A stretch of 64,000 bases of DNA from Gnetum montanum (lineage: Eukaryota > Plantae > Gnetophyta): positions 285,468-349,467 of the forward strand of contig MNCI01003240.1 in the NCBI GenBank assembly GCA_015680685.1. The letters run 5' to 3'. Within the stretch, counting starts at the first letter, position 1; each line of letters begins with the position of its first letter. Made by a program: the position numbers and the translations under genes. Shown in pieces: positions 1 to 13,100 of the stretch. The notes beneath the pieces are model-generated. The model did no database searches. It saw only the letters and a program-made list of their open reading frames with translations, and was not told the DNA's origin.

Positions 1-195
1 GTCTCATTTTCAAATTATCCGTTTACGAAACGTTATATTAACATCGACTAAGTCCCTATCTAATTGACTAGATTGTTTAGGGAACCCCATTTCTATTTTT
101 ATCCAGCACAACCCTCGTGCGGATGCGGGGTCAAGACTATCAATGATCGATGACCTCTTGGTGTTTTCCAGCCACTGACATTTTTGGTTTCTATA
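1..195 (+). repeat. 3' end of the 5' LTR of element A
   Basis: gtctcattttcaaattatcc...tttttggtttctata aligns with 16369-16563; differences are mostly transitions. Confidence 0.9.
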
Positions 196-201
196 GTTTT
201 C

Positions 202-219
202 TGGTGCTAGAAGGAGGGC
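202..219 (+). promoter_or_regulatory. Primer binding site of A, complementary to tRNA-Asn 3' end
   Basis: TGGTGCTAGAAGGAGGGC lies 6 nt after the LTR end and is complementary to the plant tRNA-Asn(GTT) 3' end ...CCCTCCTTCTAGCGCCA (recalled sequence). Confidence 0.8.
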
Positions 220-597
220 CTTTTAGTGTCCTTTCTGTATCTTACAGTAGTCCTGTAAGCGTTCTGCACCTTGATACGCATTAGCATAAATTTGACACCT
301 ATTCACGGTTATTTATGCATCATGCGGTGTAGAGTGGTTACCTCAACAGTTCCTTTAAGATCCTATAGGATATAAAGCCTTCAATCACCAGTTGACTTGT
401 TTTCTTTTTTGTTTTATGGTAGTCTTACATGCGTTCTATACCCTATCATGAACTAGTGTAAATGTGACATCCTTTTGCAGTTGCTTACGCATCACGTGGT
501 ATAGATCGGTTGCCTTGACAATTCCTCTGGAATCCAGTGAGACATAAAGCCTCTTTAATTGCTCTCCGCATTTGCAAAACTTCTTAGCTTAGTAACA

Positions 598-3500
598 ATG
601 ACTTCCACAACCACCGCTACTAACACCTTCAATGTTGAAGTTCCCATCACGGTTCAAGACATCACTAGTGCCGAACAACCACTTAACCCGATGATGGAAA
701 CACGTTGATCCTTGAGGATCCAAAATCGAGGACCTAAGGGCTTGGCCCAGCAACATGAGTGCTATAACTTCCTCTATGCAAAGGTACAGGCAAATATGCC
801 CTTGGATGTGCATGAATTTGAAGAGAAATGTAACTTTGAATTCACTTACTATGATAGGAAAGAGTTTTTTCCCACTCTTGACACTTCCATACCTTTAACA
901 TAGACAAATCAATGGCTTCTAGACCAGATAATCTAGTTGGCTAAACTTAGGGAGCAATAGGACACATCATCTAACTAGGATGAGACCTTCTAGGATGGAC
1001 AAGAGGAGATCAATTCTCAATCCGATAGGGGAGGTTAGGTCAACCTTGTCACGGTCCCTCCTACCCAGTCTTTCTGGGCCAACCCATTATTTGTCACCAC
1101 TCCCTTTGTGATCACACCTATGCCCCAACAACCTACAACTACAACTACAATGCGTAGCCATGTCACCTTCCCAGTGTATCAATGCCCTTATTCCCCTATT
1201 TCATTTGCAATAACTATGCCTCCGCAAATTGTTCATCAACCCATTCCTATAGTGCATCACACACCAATCATGGCTACCCTGCTACATGTTCATACTATAC
1301 CTGCTCTACAGTTGTACATAAATTTTGTTTCCATTCCTGTGTTTGTGTCTGTCCCACCAACTATGGCGGGCCTAGGACTGTCCACATGGTGGACCCCATT
1401 CACTTCTTTACCTATTCCACAATCGTTGCAGATGTCTCATTATGTTCACCCTCAGACCTACGAAACCCCACAAATGGTACAACCCAACAAGGGGCTATGG
1501 TCTATTCCGTCGGTGACATAAACAGTCTATCCGATAGCCTAACCCATGATTGCTACTCCAACAGCACCACCTATTGGATGGTGGATGATGCAAGCAGCAC
1601 CATTCGTGGGGGCTACCCCAATGGTACCACTGATGGGTCCATAGATGGGAGTTGCCTTGGTAGTTCCCAAATCATCCACAATGTTGCAGGATTTGGATCA
1701 AGCATTCCAGCTTATCCAAACCCTTACCAAGGAAATAAAATGCCTCAAAGATGTCAGTTCTAACACAGTACAAGTCATGGGCTTTTACCAAGATGACCCC
1801 ATCAGCCCTGCAATCCCTTCTCTCACGTTACCCCCAAGGATGTCCCTCCCCCAGTTCAGGAAGTACAATGGGAAGGGGGATCCCAATGCATATCTTGTTA
1901 CCTTTAGGTTTAAATCCCTTCTGTTGCAACAATGGCTGCACACAATTATTCATGTCTTTGCTATGTCCCTAGTCGAGAAAGCCCTAGATTGGTACCACGC
2001 GTTGCCACGCTCATCCATTTCAACTCTAGAGGAGCTTCTAACCCAATTCATGATGCACTTCAAGTATAAATTGATGGTGGAAACCATGCTAGATCAGTTG
2101 ATGAGCATGAAGTAGGATCCTCTGGAACCAGTCTAGAAGTTCATCCAGCATTGGAGCGCAATGCTTAATCAAATCCTTGAGCCCATTGCAGAGGCCCACT
2201 TGCTAGCCATCTTTAAGGGTGTAGTGAATGACTTTATCAAGTCTAAGCTATACTACCTTGCCCCTCGCACTCTTAGTCAAGCCTTTGCCCAGACTAAGAG
2301 TATATAGGATGTAGCAGAAGCGAGCAAGGATCCAAGCTACATTACCTACAAAAACACCTTCACAAAGAAGGACAAGGGTAAGGTGCCAACAACCACAGTG
2401 GCTATTGTGGAAATCGAGGTGAAGCCTAAGCCTAATAACAATGATAACAAGAACAATAAGAAATCATCCACACCCATAGCTAACCTCATGCCCAAGTAGG
2501 GAAATGCGCCACAATCTCTAGTACCTGCACTTCAGACATCTGCACAACCCAAATCGAACTTTGAGCATAAAGATTGCACAAAGTACACCTCACTACCTCT
2601 CAAGCCTTCAGAACTTCTAAAGTAGCTACTGGAAGTGGGTCACATCCAACACAAGCAGATGTTGGAAGAAGGAATCATGAGACATCAGTGCTATTGCGAG
2701 CTCCTTAGGAACCCCTCTTTGGCCTTGCCGAATGAGCCTCCAGTTCCTAAGGGTTTCATGCTAGATAGGTTTTGTGACTACCACCAGCAATGTGGTCACA
2801 ACATGGATTACTATCTGGTGTTAAAGGATGACATCCAAAGGATGATTGATTAGGAGAAACTAATGTTGGACAAAAGAAACCCAGTACGCCTTGAGAATCA
2901 ATCTCTGCATGTCTATACAGATCCCCTCAATGCCAACAATGCTGGTTATGTTATCAACACCATTGGCATTGACAGTGATCCTACGCCACCCCAGCAGTCA
3001 TTCCTGGTCCATGTGCCTCAGCGTAGTGTGCCAACACCACCAGTGGTTGGCTGAAGCTTACAATAGTTATTTGTCCTAAGAGTCCCTCCATGGGCATCCA
3101 CCTCTGTGCCACCTATTAGCAAAATCACGTCACCCTATCCATTAATATCGTTAGCCCTGTTCATCATTAGGGGGCCAACTCATTCAACAACCCTCTTCCC
3201 ACATAATACAGCTAAATAGCCTTCTTGTCCTTAAAAATGAGAAGTGTGTTTCACAGGTGAGACATTGAGAGGAAGTACTACCCTTGGTATTTCCAAGCCT
3301 ACATCTTCACCCCTTGCATCTACACCTTCATCACCGGAGAGGGATGTTGCTATAACCATATAGTCCATGCCGCCCTGTCAAAAAGGGTTTGAACATATAT
3401 CCAAAGTCACCCCTCCTCAGAAAATTCATCTTCTGGGATGAATAGAATAGGAGGAAAGCATTAAACAGGGGGTGACCAAGACCTTGTGGATGCCGTCACT

Positions 3501-4400
3501 CAGGTAAAGTAAGCTCTAAAATAGAAAAACACTACATTGAGCTTGTACAACATAATCATGATGTCTATCCCACACCGTGAGGCTCTGATCCACATGTTGA
3601 TAGTGATTCTAGTCAATGAAGACATGCTAGCAAAAGAGGAAGCGATCCACTCGATCATGCTCTGCTCCACACCTACAGAGCCAAAATCATCTTAACTAAC
3701 ACTCTACAGTGACACCATTAGGAAAGATCCTGAAAGGGGTTAGGTGACTATAGCATCCCTATTCATCATAATTTAGGTCAGCCAACACTGGATTCGAATG
3801 GTACACATTGATGATGGTGCTGCAATGAACGTCATACCCTTCCATATTGTGGACAAGTTGGGCTTGGTCGACCAGATCAAACCCACAATGACGTCATGCC
3901 TGAGGTCATTCAATGGCGCATGAATCGTGGTGAAGGGCATAGTCCACATAGACTTCATGGCAAGAGATCAATTTTCCACAAATGTGATGTTCATCGTGGT
4001 TGAGGAGATGCCTAGGTTTAACCTGATCTTGGGGAGATCATGGTTAGCATAACTTAGGGCTATCTCTTCACCCATTCACTAAGAAATCCACCTACCATAT
4101 GGAAGCAGGGAGGTGGTGATCCATGGTGACAAGGCAGTAGCGCAAGTAATCAGTAATGTAGAGATGGAGTAGGGCTTAGAGGTCATAACCTCTGAGAATG
4201 AAGTACCTACTTACGCACACACTAACCATCTAGTGGGAGAATCAGCTTAGCAAGTCGATTTCCAAAGCAAAAGCACATAGGTTAAGTTTCCCTTCCAAGC
4301 AGGGGACAATGATGCAAATGAAGGCCCTGGCAAAGCACCTTGGCCTTACATTCTGCTCAACCTAGGATGGGTCAAGAAGCAACTACACATAGCGTAGAAA
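598..4400 (+). pseudogene. gag: gag-protease of A, with stops and frameshifts
   Basis: LPQFRKYNGKGDPNAYL...ALDWYHALP (capsid); FCDYHQQCGH Tat-type knuckle at ~2770; protease VHIDDGAAMNV at ~3800 and LILGRSWL at ~4025. Confidence 0.88.
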
Positions 4401-4477
4401 CCTCGCTACCTCTTGCCCAGTTGCCATCCTTGGTACATTCACCACCTTTTTGCTTTATTAACATACCATCTCTTTAG

Positions 4478-4745
4478 CATGCTACGCTAGGCCCGAAATG
4501 GCCTAAAACTATGCTACGCTAACGCCTAAAATGGCCTAAAACTAGCTAAGGCCCAAAATGGCCTAACTAGCAATGACCCAAAATGGCCTAAAACTATGCC
4601 TCCCCATGGCCCGAAATGGCCTAAAACTAGCAGTGGCTTGAAATGGCTGAAAACTAGCAGGGGCTCGGAATGGCCTAAAACTATGCTACGCTATAGCCTG
4701 AAATGGCTTAAAACTAGCTATAGCCCAAAAGGCTTAAAAATAGCA
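4478..4745 (+). repeat. Degenerate tandem array (AAATGGCCTAAAACTAGC / ATGCTACGCTA), ~25-30 bp units
   Basis: About 9 visible copies immediately after the protease region. Confidence 0.85.
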
Positions 4746-4869
4746 CATAAAAGCAAGAAAATTTTACACAAAAGTAGCATGCAGATAATGCACAAGTTAG
4801 CATAGAATCAATTTCTATTCCTAAAATTCTCTTTTCTTTATTCAAAACTGTTGTCTTTCAAGCAATGTT

Positions 4870-7800
4870 TGTAAAAATTTTACAAAAGTTCAAAATTTCA
4901 AAAAAGAAATCCCATGCTATCATGGGTTGTCTTTGCCTGCATCATCTTTGTCACTCGCTTCTACATCGCCTCCTTTTGCATTGCCTTTCCCTGTGTTGTC
5001 CTTTGCTGACTCTTCATTCTTTCCCTCCATGGGCCCTACACCTTCATCTGGAACCTACACAGTAGGAATAAAATGGTCAGCTAGGGCAAAAAACAAAAGC
5101 TACAATAGAGCACAAGAATTAACATAGTAGGAAGCAACTAACCTGAGAAGGACCTGCATCCATCTTGAAGGGTATCTAGTCTAAACCAAGCCTGAGACTA
5201 CACCAGACCTCCCCTACCGTGATGTCTGCCCAATGCCTGTTGCTTGGTTCAGTGTCTGCAACAACTTTCTCCTTTTTGGTGGTTGTCCACCTTGGTGGTC
5301 CTACCAAAAAGGAGGTGGTTTCTTCTCTCCTATGGGAAGGTCCACTTTTAGCTTAGGGGATTTCGTAACCTTTACCTGCTCTTTGAACTTGGCATAGGTC
5401 TCAGAAGTGTCAATAGCATTTACAAATGCTTTATACGTAAACGCCTCCACAACAAAATCCTTGTACAATTTACGATTATTGGCATATTCCAGTTTATACA
5501 TATGTTTATGGTTTTTTTGGGACTACCCCCATTCGTAAACCTTGGCACTAAAATCTTTCAAATCTTGACACTTCTAGATGAACAAGTCCATTTGCATCCA
5601 CTGTTCTATTATCTCGCAGGTGGCTTCGACGTTTTGATGTGTCACTATTCAAAATTTGGCATAATCTATCACAGTCGTGTGCCAATCCTCGTTATTAGTG
5701 TCATGAGCTATGAGGAATTCATTTCTCGACTTGAGATCCTCCACCTCGGCGCTCAGGTTGGCCTTCTCTTGCTTAGCTTTTTGGACCCATTTCCACAGGT
5801 CCTCATTGATGTGCTTATACTCCCACAGGGAGCATGCCAAGTGCAAGGCACACTTGCAAGCCTTTTCGTATGCATGACTAGATACCTTAGTCACTTTAGG
5901 TATAAATGTAGGCACAACACCAACTTTCAAAGGTCGTGTCATGTCCCATTTGAGCTAAGAGGCTGCCATGACACAAAGAGCATGTCAGTCACGTTAGCGT
6001 ACCAAAGTTAACAAATTCAAAAATTCTAGCATAGTAACATGAAAGCATCTAATACTAGTACTTACCCACTTTAGGATCCACCTACTAAAGGTGGCTGATC
6101 ATGCCATAAATGATTCCATGCATAAACATAAACTTATTAGGGATATCAACCCATGATTCCATACAAATTAGAGGGGGTCCTACAACATCAATAGCGGTGG
6201 TTGTCATATAACTAAGCATGCCAGAAATGACCAAAATGGGCTATGACAAGGTAGACATATTGCCAAACTCACCAGTGTTCAATTATGGTCTCCCTTCCTA
6301 CTAATGCAAAATGATGATAGTATCCTTGGCTGAGGTCCCAACCAAGTCTATACGGGCCTCTTCTTCATGCACTGGTGCCTTTCCTTTTGAGTGACCATCA
6401 TCTTTTTTATTCAAGAAAGACTTTTCTTCATCTCCAAAAATTCCCTCCTCATTAGTAGGAAGATTCTGCCTAATGAGAAGAGCCCCAACCTTAGCGGTAG
6501 GAGCTCCTTTGCTCTTGACCAAGGCCCTTTCTTTCGAGACTCGGGCCTTCGTGTCTTTATTCGTAGCCCCCATCTTAGGGGCCGACACCTCTTCATTGCC
6601 TTTTTCTTCTTCTTCTTCTTCTTCTGGCAGCAAAGAAACATGTTTGCATTAGCTTAAAATAGGTTAGCTTAAAGTAGATGCTATGCTACATTACACTGCC
6701 TAGCGTAGCACAATGTAGCAAGAATTAACAAAGTAGGCGAAAGAATAAACATGAACAAAAGTGTTTACCAATGGGGGGTTGCATCCTCTGCAGTTTAAGC
6801 CACAGTCTCTGCCCATCCTCTTCCTCCATGTGAAGGTTTTCCTTAGCTATAGGAGGCCTCTTCTGCTGCAACTTACTAGCCATAGTCTTGGCTATGAGCC
6901 ATTTCCTTCACGACACGCTACCGGCTACAGCAGGGGACATCTCTCGTACATTGTCTTGGTCATGAAAGTTGCAGGCCACCTGATCCTTAGTTGTCACAGA
7001 GAATGACTTCCAAATTATTTCTGGGGGATCTTGGGTATGGGTGGTCTGGGGGATTTGGTGGATCCATGGTCTGGAAATCTAGTTGTGATTTTGCATTACC
7101 TAGGCTCCATTCTCATGAACCACTAGAAACTCCAAAAAATGCTTTAGATAGGCTATGTAAAAGGCATAATGTATATTGGAATGGGACTCCAGCTACTTAT
7201 GGAGCCCCAAGATTTTAGTCTGCAAGCTTTTACACAAAAACATGACTCAATTGTAGTAGGCCCCCTCTTCAATGACCTCACGCATTACCCATGCTTGCTC
7301 AATCCCTAGGACCTTCCCTTGGGAAAGTAGCTGGGGGAATGCACGAGCACGAAAGATAGGGTAAACCTCCTTGGCAAGTCTTGCTTTGAGCTTCTCCATA
7401 GGGAGCCCCTTCCACTCCTTGGCAATCCCTAATCACTCCTGAATGTCCTTCTTTTGAAAGCTCAACTCCCTATTGGACTTTGACCCTATGAGAATGCCAT
7501 TAACAAGGACACCGAAGAGGTCCATGAACAGCTAGTCATTGATTTCAATGCCGACCTACATGCCCTGCATGCACATGCACAAATGATCCTCTTTGTCAAA
7601 AAAGGAGTTGACCAGGGAGAGCAGCTCAATGGTAGGAATGCTTAAATTTAGTGCTAGGAACATGTCCATAAGCCCAACCTTTTGGATATTCTGGACCAAG
7701 GAGTCTAAAGCCACAATGTTTATCTAGTGTTGGATCATATCTACTTCTTCATACTTGAAGTAGATGTTTGCCTCCTATGTCTTGGAGGTTACCACCATCA

Positions 7801-9460
7801 CCTCCTGGGGCTTTTTTGCCCCTATAACAATTTTCACAAGAAACGTTTAGCATAAAAATGTAGAAAACCCAAAGATTGCAAAGACATTTAGGCATGCAAC
7901 ACTTACTCTTTAGCCTACTAGGTCTGTACGATAATGGGAATGGTGGAAGACTAACTAGAACTTGTTCAACAGTGATCAGTTCGAAGGGTGCCCACCCCTC
8001 ATCCAGCCAACTAGACTCCTTGCATTGATCATAAGGAATGGGGTATAGGTCTAGGTAGGTGTGGTATTCACCCCCACATTGACCAATCACACCTACACAT
8101 ATGTTCTCAGTAGAAGAGAACTCATGCAAGGCTATCCATGTTGTAGTCAGCAGACCTGTTCGATCGTGAAGCCCTTCCTTGTTGATGTAGAACCTGGTAG
8201 CAAAAACATACTATTAGCATTTGGCTAATATGGCAAACATTGCACAACACAGGGAAAAAAGGCTGCAAAACTCACCCGCCAACATAGTAGATGGTTCTCA
8301 GTGGGTTTTGGAAGCATGTCGACATATAACATGCAACAAACAATGTGGTTTAAGGATGGTAGTAGCGGTACTCAAGCATATCTTAGATCTAGGTCAAACA
8401 CCTCAACCTTGTGGGGAATTGATTGGATCCTTCTCCCTACCTGCTAAAGATTGCCCTATTCATCAGAATCCTTAGGAATCCCTGGCTTACCCTAGGCAAT
8501 ATGGCTTCTGTTATGACGACTGCCTCTTCCTTCTTTAGGTATGACCAAACGATCACACTGAAGTGTTGGAGGAGGTATTGTAGGAACTCCTATGCTCCTT
8601 TCCTGAACTAGATCCCCTGCTCCCTCACACATATATGGGGAGGAGGAGCATGGGCCATAGGTTTTCCTACATAACACAAGACCCCTACAATTTCTAAGAT
8701 AATCAGAATTGGCCTTAGTCCCATCCTACACAACACAACCGTCAAGTATTAGCATCATGTCCAAGTGTAATGCACACACAACATAACAATACCTAGCATT
8801 TCATGCATATAGTATAGCATAACCCTCTTCTCACACACAATGTAGCAAGAACATGAAATTGCTAGTATAGCGAAAAAAGCCTAGCGTAGCAACAGAGCAA
8901 TTAACCCTAACAAGGTGATTAAGAATATGCCCTGACAAAACACGTGTTGCACTGTCACATCACGCATGAACAAACCCTATGCTATGCCATTCGAAAGCCA
9001 AGTAACCTAAAGTGTCCAAACCCCTGCGGTTATGAAAACTGCAACAATGGTGGTTTAGGCAACCTTGCATGCAACGATAGCGTAGCGTCTGTGCATCCAC
9101 CGTGGCCGAAACAACAATAGTGACAATGTAAAGGCCAAGACAATAACAATGCGATGATAGAAAACACTGATAACTAAAATTGAATCACAAAATAAAAGTA
9201 GAAAACAAAAAATGATAATAGAATCATAAGGAAGCATAGCAACCTATTGGGTCAACAACATGTCCTCCTATTTCGCAACACGTGCTTTTGTCACAAGCCC
9301 TAGGGTTTCCTTTACCTCCTCAACCTTTGTGAGTGCCAAGTGACTACATTCCTTCTTTGGATTCATCGTCCTGCTTGCAGACTTTTTTCCTTATCACTAT
9401 GGAAAAAATCACCTTACTCTCTATCAGCATAATTGCTCTGCACTTCAAAATCGCTTTGTG
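4870..9460 (-). pseudogene. Antisense multi-exon accessory gene of A (FCP1/NIF-like + transposon-protein-like + acidic + coiled coil)
   Basis: Predicted exons 8276-8725, 7907-8193, 6769-7821, 6066-6623, 5143-5962 and <=5054. GT-AG introns 8194-8275, 7822-7906, 6624-6768, 5963-6065, 5055-5142. Translations are homologous to those in C and E. Outer ends are uncertain. Confidence 0.78.
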
Positions 9461-9699
9461 CTCCGAATATGGGCTCTACGCTCTTATGGTGAGAATGACA
9501 AGCTTACCAAGGTTTAATCCCTATTTATGGCCATAATGGTAAAAAAGGAAACATTTCTGCTCTCTCTCTCTCCATTTAATGCGGAGTGCGTTGGGCAGTG
9601 TAGCATGCTTGCCATGACATCATAGCACTATTGGCATTAAAACCTTGACATGCTTCAAGCTAACTGTTTACTTTCCCAAAAATGAAAAAAATATTTCTT

Positions 9700-10070
9700 T
9701 TTACCAGTCCGAAAAGACCTTAAACTAGCAACCCTAGCACAGTTGTAACTTTCGTGGTCCAAAAAGACCTTAAACTAACATTCTTAGCATAGCATCCCAC
9801 TCTAGTTACTGGTCCGGAAAGACCTTAAACTAGCAATCCTAGAGTAGCAGTGACTCTAATAGTACGAAAAGACCTTAAACTAGTAGTTTTGACCTGTTAT
9901 GCGTTCGCAGTCTACAATGACATTAAACTAATAGTTTCACATTTTCGCATTGGTAGTTTTGCATTTTTAGCAGTTTCACGTTCTCATATCAATAGTTTTA
10001 CATTTCTTGTTTTAGCAGTTTTATGTCTCCATGCCATAGCAATCTACCATGACTTTAAACTGGAAAACTT
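9700..10070 (+). repeat. GACCTTAAACTAGCA array upstream of RT in A
   Basis: Copies at ~9716, 9767, 9821, 9871, 9918 and 10051. Confidence 0.8.
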
Positions 10071-10186
10071 TTAATCTTTACATCATACTTCGCTAGTTAC
10101 ATCTTGTCATTACTTTGCAATTTTTTATTATACACGATTACCACCAATAGGTGCCTCTTAACCATGCTTTCATCTCATTTTGATAG

Positions 10187-13100
10187 GTTGAGAAAAACAT
10201 GGAAATCCATCGCAACCTCTCCATGCACTTAGCTTTAGTAGGTCCACATGGCAAGCTCGTAAGACAATTGAACCCAGACCTCATCAACTGGGGGTTGACC
10301 ACAGCTAGCACTATAGTGTCCTTAGAAACATCCCTAGACTGGCCCAAGCATCTGGTCCAAACCCTAAATTTAGAGGTTGGGGATGTAACTGAGGACCCTC
10401 TCGTTGAGATGCTTGTGACCATGTTCAAGGGAAAATTAAAAACATTAAAACTTAGCTTCCTTCTAGATGCACAAATGCATGAAGATGTAGCCAAGATTTT
10501 TCAAGACAACATTAGAGTTTTTGCATGGTCATACAAGGACATGTTGGGTCTACATGCGAGGCTGGTAGAACACAACATTGTCCTAGACCCATGCATGAAG
10601 GAAGTCAAGTAGAAGGCTCATAAGGTTAAACTAGAAATCGCACTAGCCATAAGAAATGAAATTACCAAGCTATACTAAGCTAGTTTCATCCACGTAGTTG
10701 ATTATCTGGAATGGGTGTCCAACATCATTATGGTTTCTAAGAAAATGGGAGGAATACAAATCTGTATAGACTTCCAAGATCTAAACAAAGAAACTATCAA
10801 AGACAATTTCCTACTTCCAAGCATCGATCAACTCATCGACACTACGACTGGTCATGCCCTATTATCCTTCATGGATGGTTTCTCTAGCTACAACCAAATT
10901 TGCATCAACCTAGAGCACCAGCTAACAACAACTTTCATGACCACATGGGGTACCTTTTGTTATACCATGATGCCTTTTGGGCTCAAGAATGTCTAGGAAA
11001 CCTACCAATGAGCCATGACTTACATCTTCAGTGACTACATCCTAGAAACACTAAAAGACAACATGGATGATATAGCAGTCAAGTCCAAGGAGGTAGCTGA
11101 TCACCCACGTGATCTAGGGGTAGTCCTTAAGTGTTGTCAAATGCATGATTTGTGCCTTAATCCTAAAAAGTGTGTCTTTGGGGTGAAAATTGGATGCATG
11201 TGAGGGTTCATAGTATTGGAGGCCGAAATACGGGTGGACCTTGACAAAGTTAAGGCCATTTTCAACCTGGCACCTCCTACAAACCTTAAGGCGTTACGTG
11301 GGTTGCAAGGTAGGGTACAGTTCATCTGAAGGTTTATAGAAAAGTTGACTGACAAGTTACACCCCATGCAACATCTTCTAAAGAAAGGGGTTAACTTCAA
11401 ATGGACAACCCAGTGTCAACAAGCCTTCAATGACTTGAAGAAAGAGTTTTTGCACCTCCCAACTATGCATCTGCCACCAAGGGATAAGCCTTTCTTCATC
11501 TACCTTGCCACCTCTAACACATCTATTGTAGCACTGTTATGTCAGAAATGAGACAACAGATATGAGATACCAGTGTATTATCTGAGTCATGCATTAATAG
11601 CACATGAGACGAAATACAATGAAGTGGAGAGGAATTGCCTTGCCTTAGTGTTTGCGTTAAAAAAGTGGAGGCACTACCTGTTTCACAGTACAATTAACAT
11701 CATTTGCACAAGAAACATACTTCAGGCTATTACTAACAACCTGTATGAAAGTAGCAGGATAGCCTAATGGAAAGTAATAACTGTGGAGTTCTACTTACAC
11801 TATGTAAGCCAATCGTCAACGAAGGGTCAAGCCATAGCAACTCAACTCACAGCCTCGCCCGTCGACGACCAAGTAGCCATAGATCCCAAATTCCTAGATG
11901 AGCATGTTGGCACTATCAATGCCATCCCATTGCATTTGGAAGCTACTTTACAGTTCAAAGATGCCTCAACCACATGAAGAGGTAGTGCAGCTACTGTCAT
12001 TACATTCCACTCTGTGGAAATGCACTCATTTTCCTATCGTTTTATGTTCCCCTACACCAACAATGTGGTAGAGTATGAGGGGCTACTTAGAGGCCTCTTA
12101 GCTACCCAAACACTATGCATACAACACCTGGTGATTCATGGGGATTCACAACTAGTTGTGAATCAGATCACTGAGGTCTATGCTTGTAAAGCTATGCACC
12201 TGCAACCCTACTACGATCTAGCAAAAAGCTTGCTTAAGCAATTTGCAGCCAAAGATGTGCAACACGTGCCACACAATGAGAACACCATGGCAGATGCCAT
12301 AGCCACCCTAGCACTAAATATTCCACCACACTCGTTTGCAAGTTTGCAAACTTCGATTGTCAAATGTACTGAGCCTATCACTTAGGCGAGACATGTGGCC
12401 TCTATTAACACTGCAGATACCCAGGAGTGGTACGCAAACATTAAAGACTACCTACAACATGGCGAACCCCTAAGCAGACTGACATCTGCCTAGAGGGATG
12501 CAATCCATAAGCATGCTCAAAAATATACGCTCATGGAAAATGATGTCCTATGCAGATGTTCGTATGACGGGATATTGCTGGCATGCATGGGTGAGGAGCA
12601 AGCATGAAAGGTGATTAATGAAGTACATGAGGGACTATGTGGTGCATACATAGCACCTAGGGCTATAGTTGCAAAAATTAGATGGCTAGGATACTATTGG
12701 CCTCATATGGAGTGTGACTCTCTGTCAAAAGTTAGGACGTGCAACATGTACTAGAGATACGAAAATCTCATAGACGTTTCACCTATGGAGCTGCACCCAA
12801 CATAGATCATGTGGCCTTTCCAATGATGGGGACTAGACCTCATAGGACCTATCATGCCTAAGTCCTTCATAGGGCATAGCTTCATTATCACCGCTGATGA
12901 GTATTTTACTAAGTGGGTGGAAGCTATCCCCCTGAGAAAGATGATGTCTCAGCAGATCTGGCACTTCATCCTAGACAACATCATGACAAGGTTTGGGCTT
13001 TTGATGAATGTTGTAATCGACAATGGACCATAGTTTAGTAGTATGAAAACCCGAACCTTCTACAACAATCTAGGCATCAGGCAATCATTCTCCGCCCTGT

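Noticed and set aside
5502-6011. 169 aa plus-strand ORF and similar shadow ORFs (26104-26634, 38808-39113)
   Set aside because: Antisense shadows of the conserved opposite-strand coding frames.
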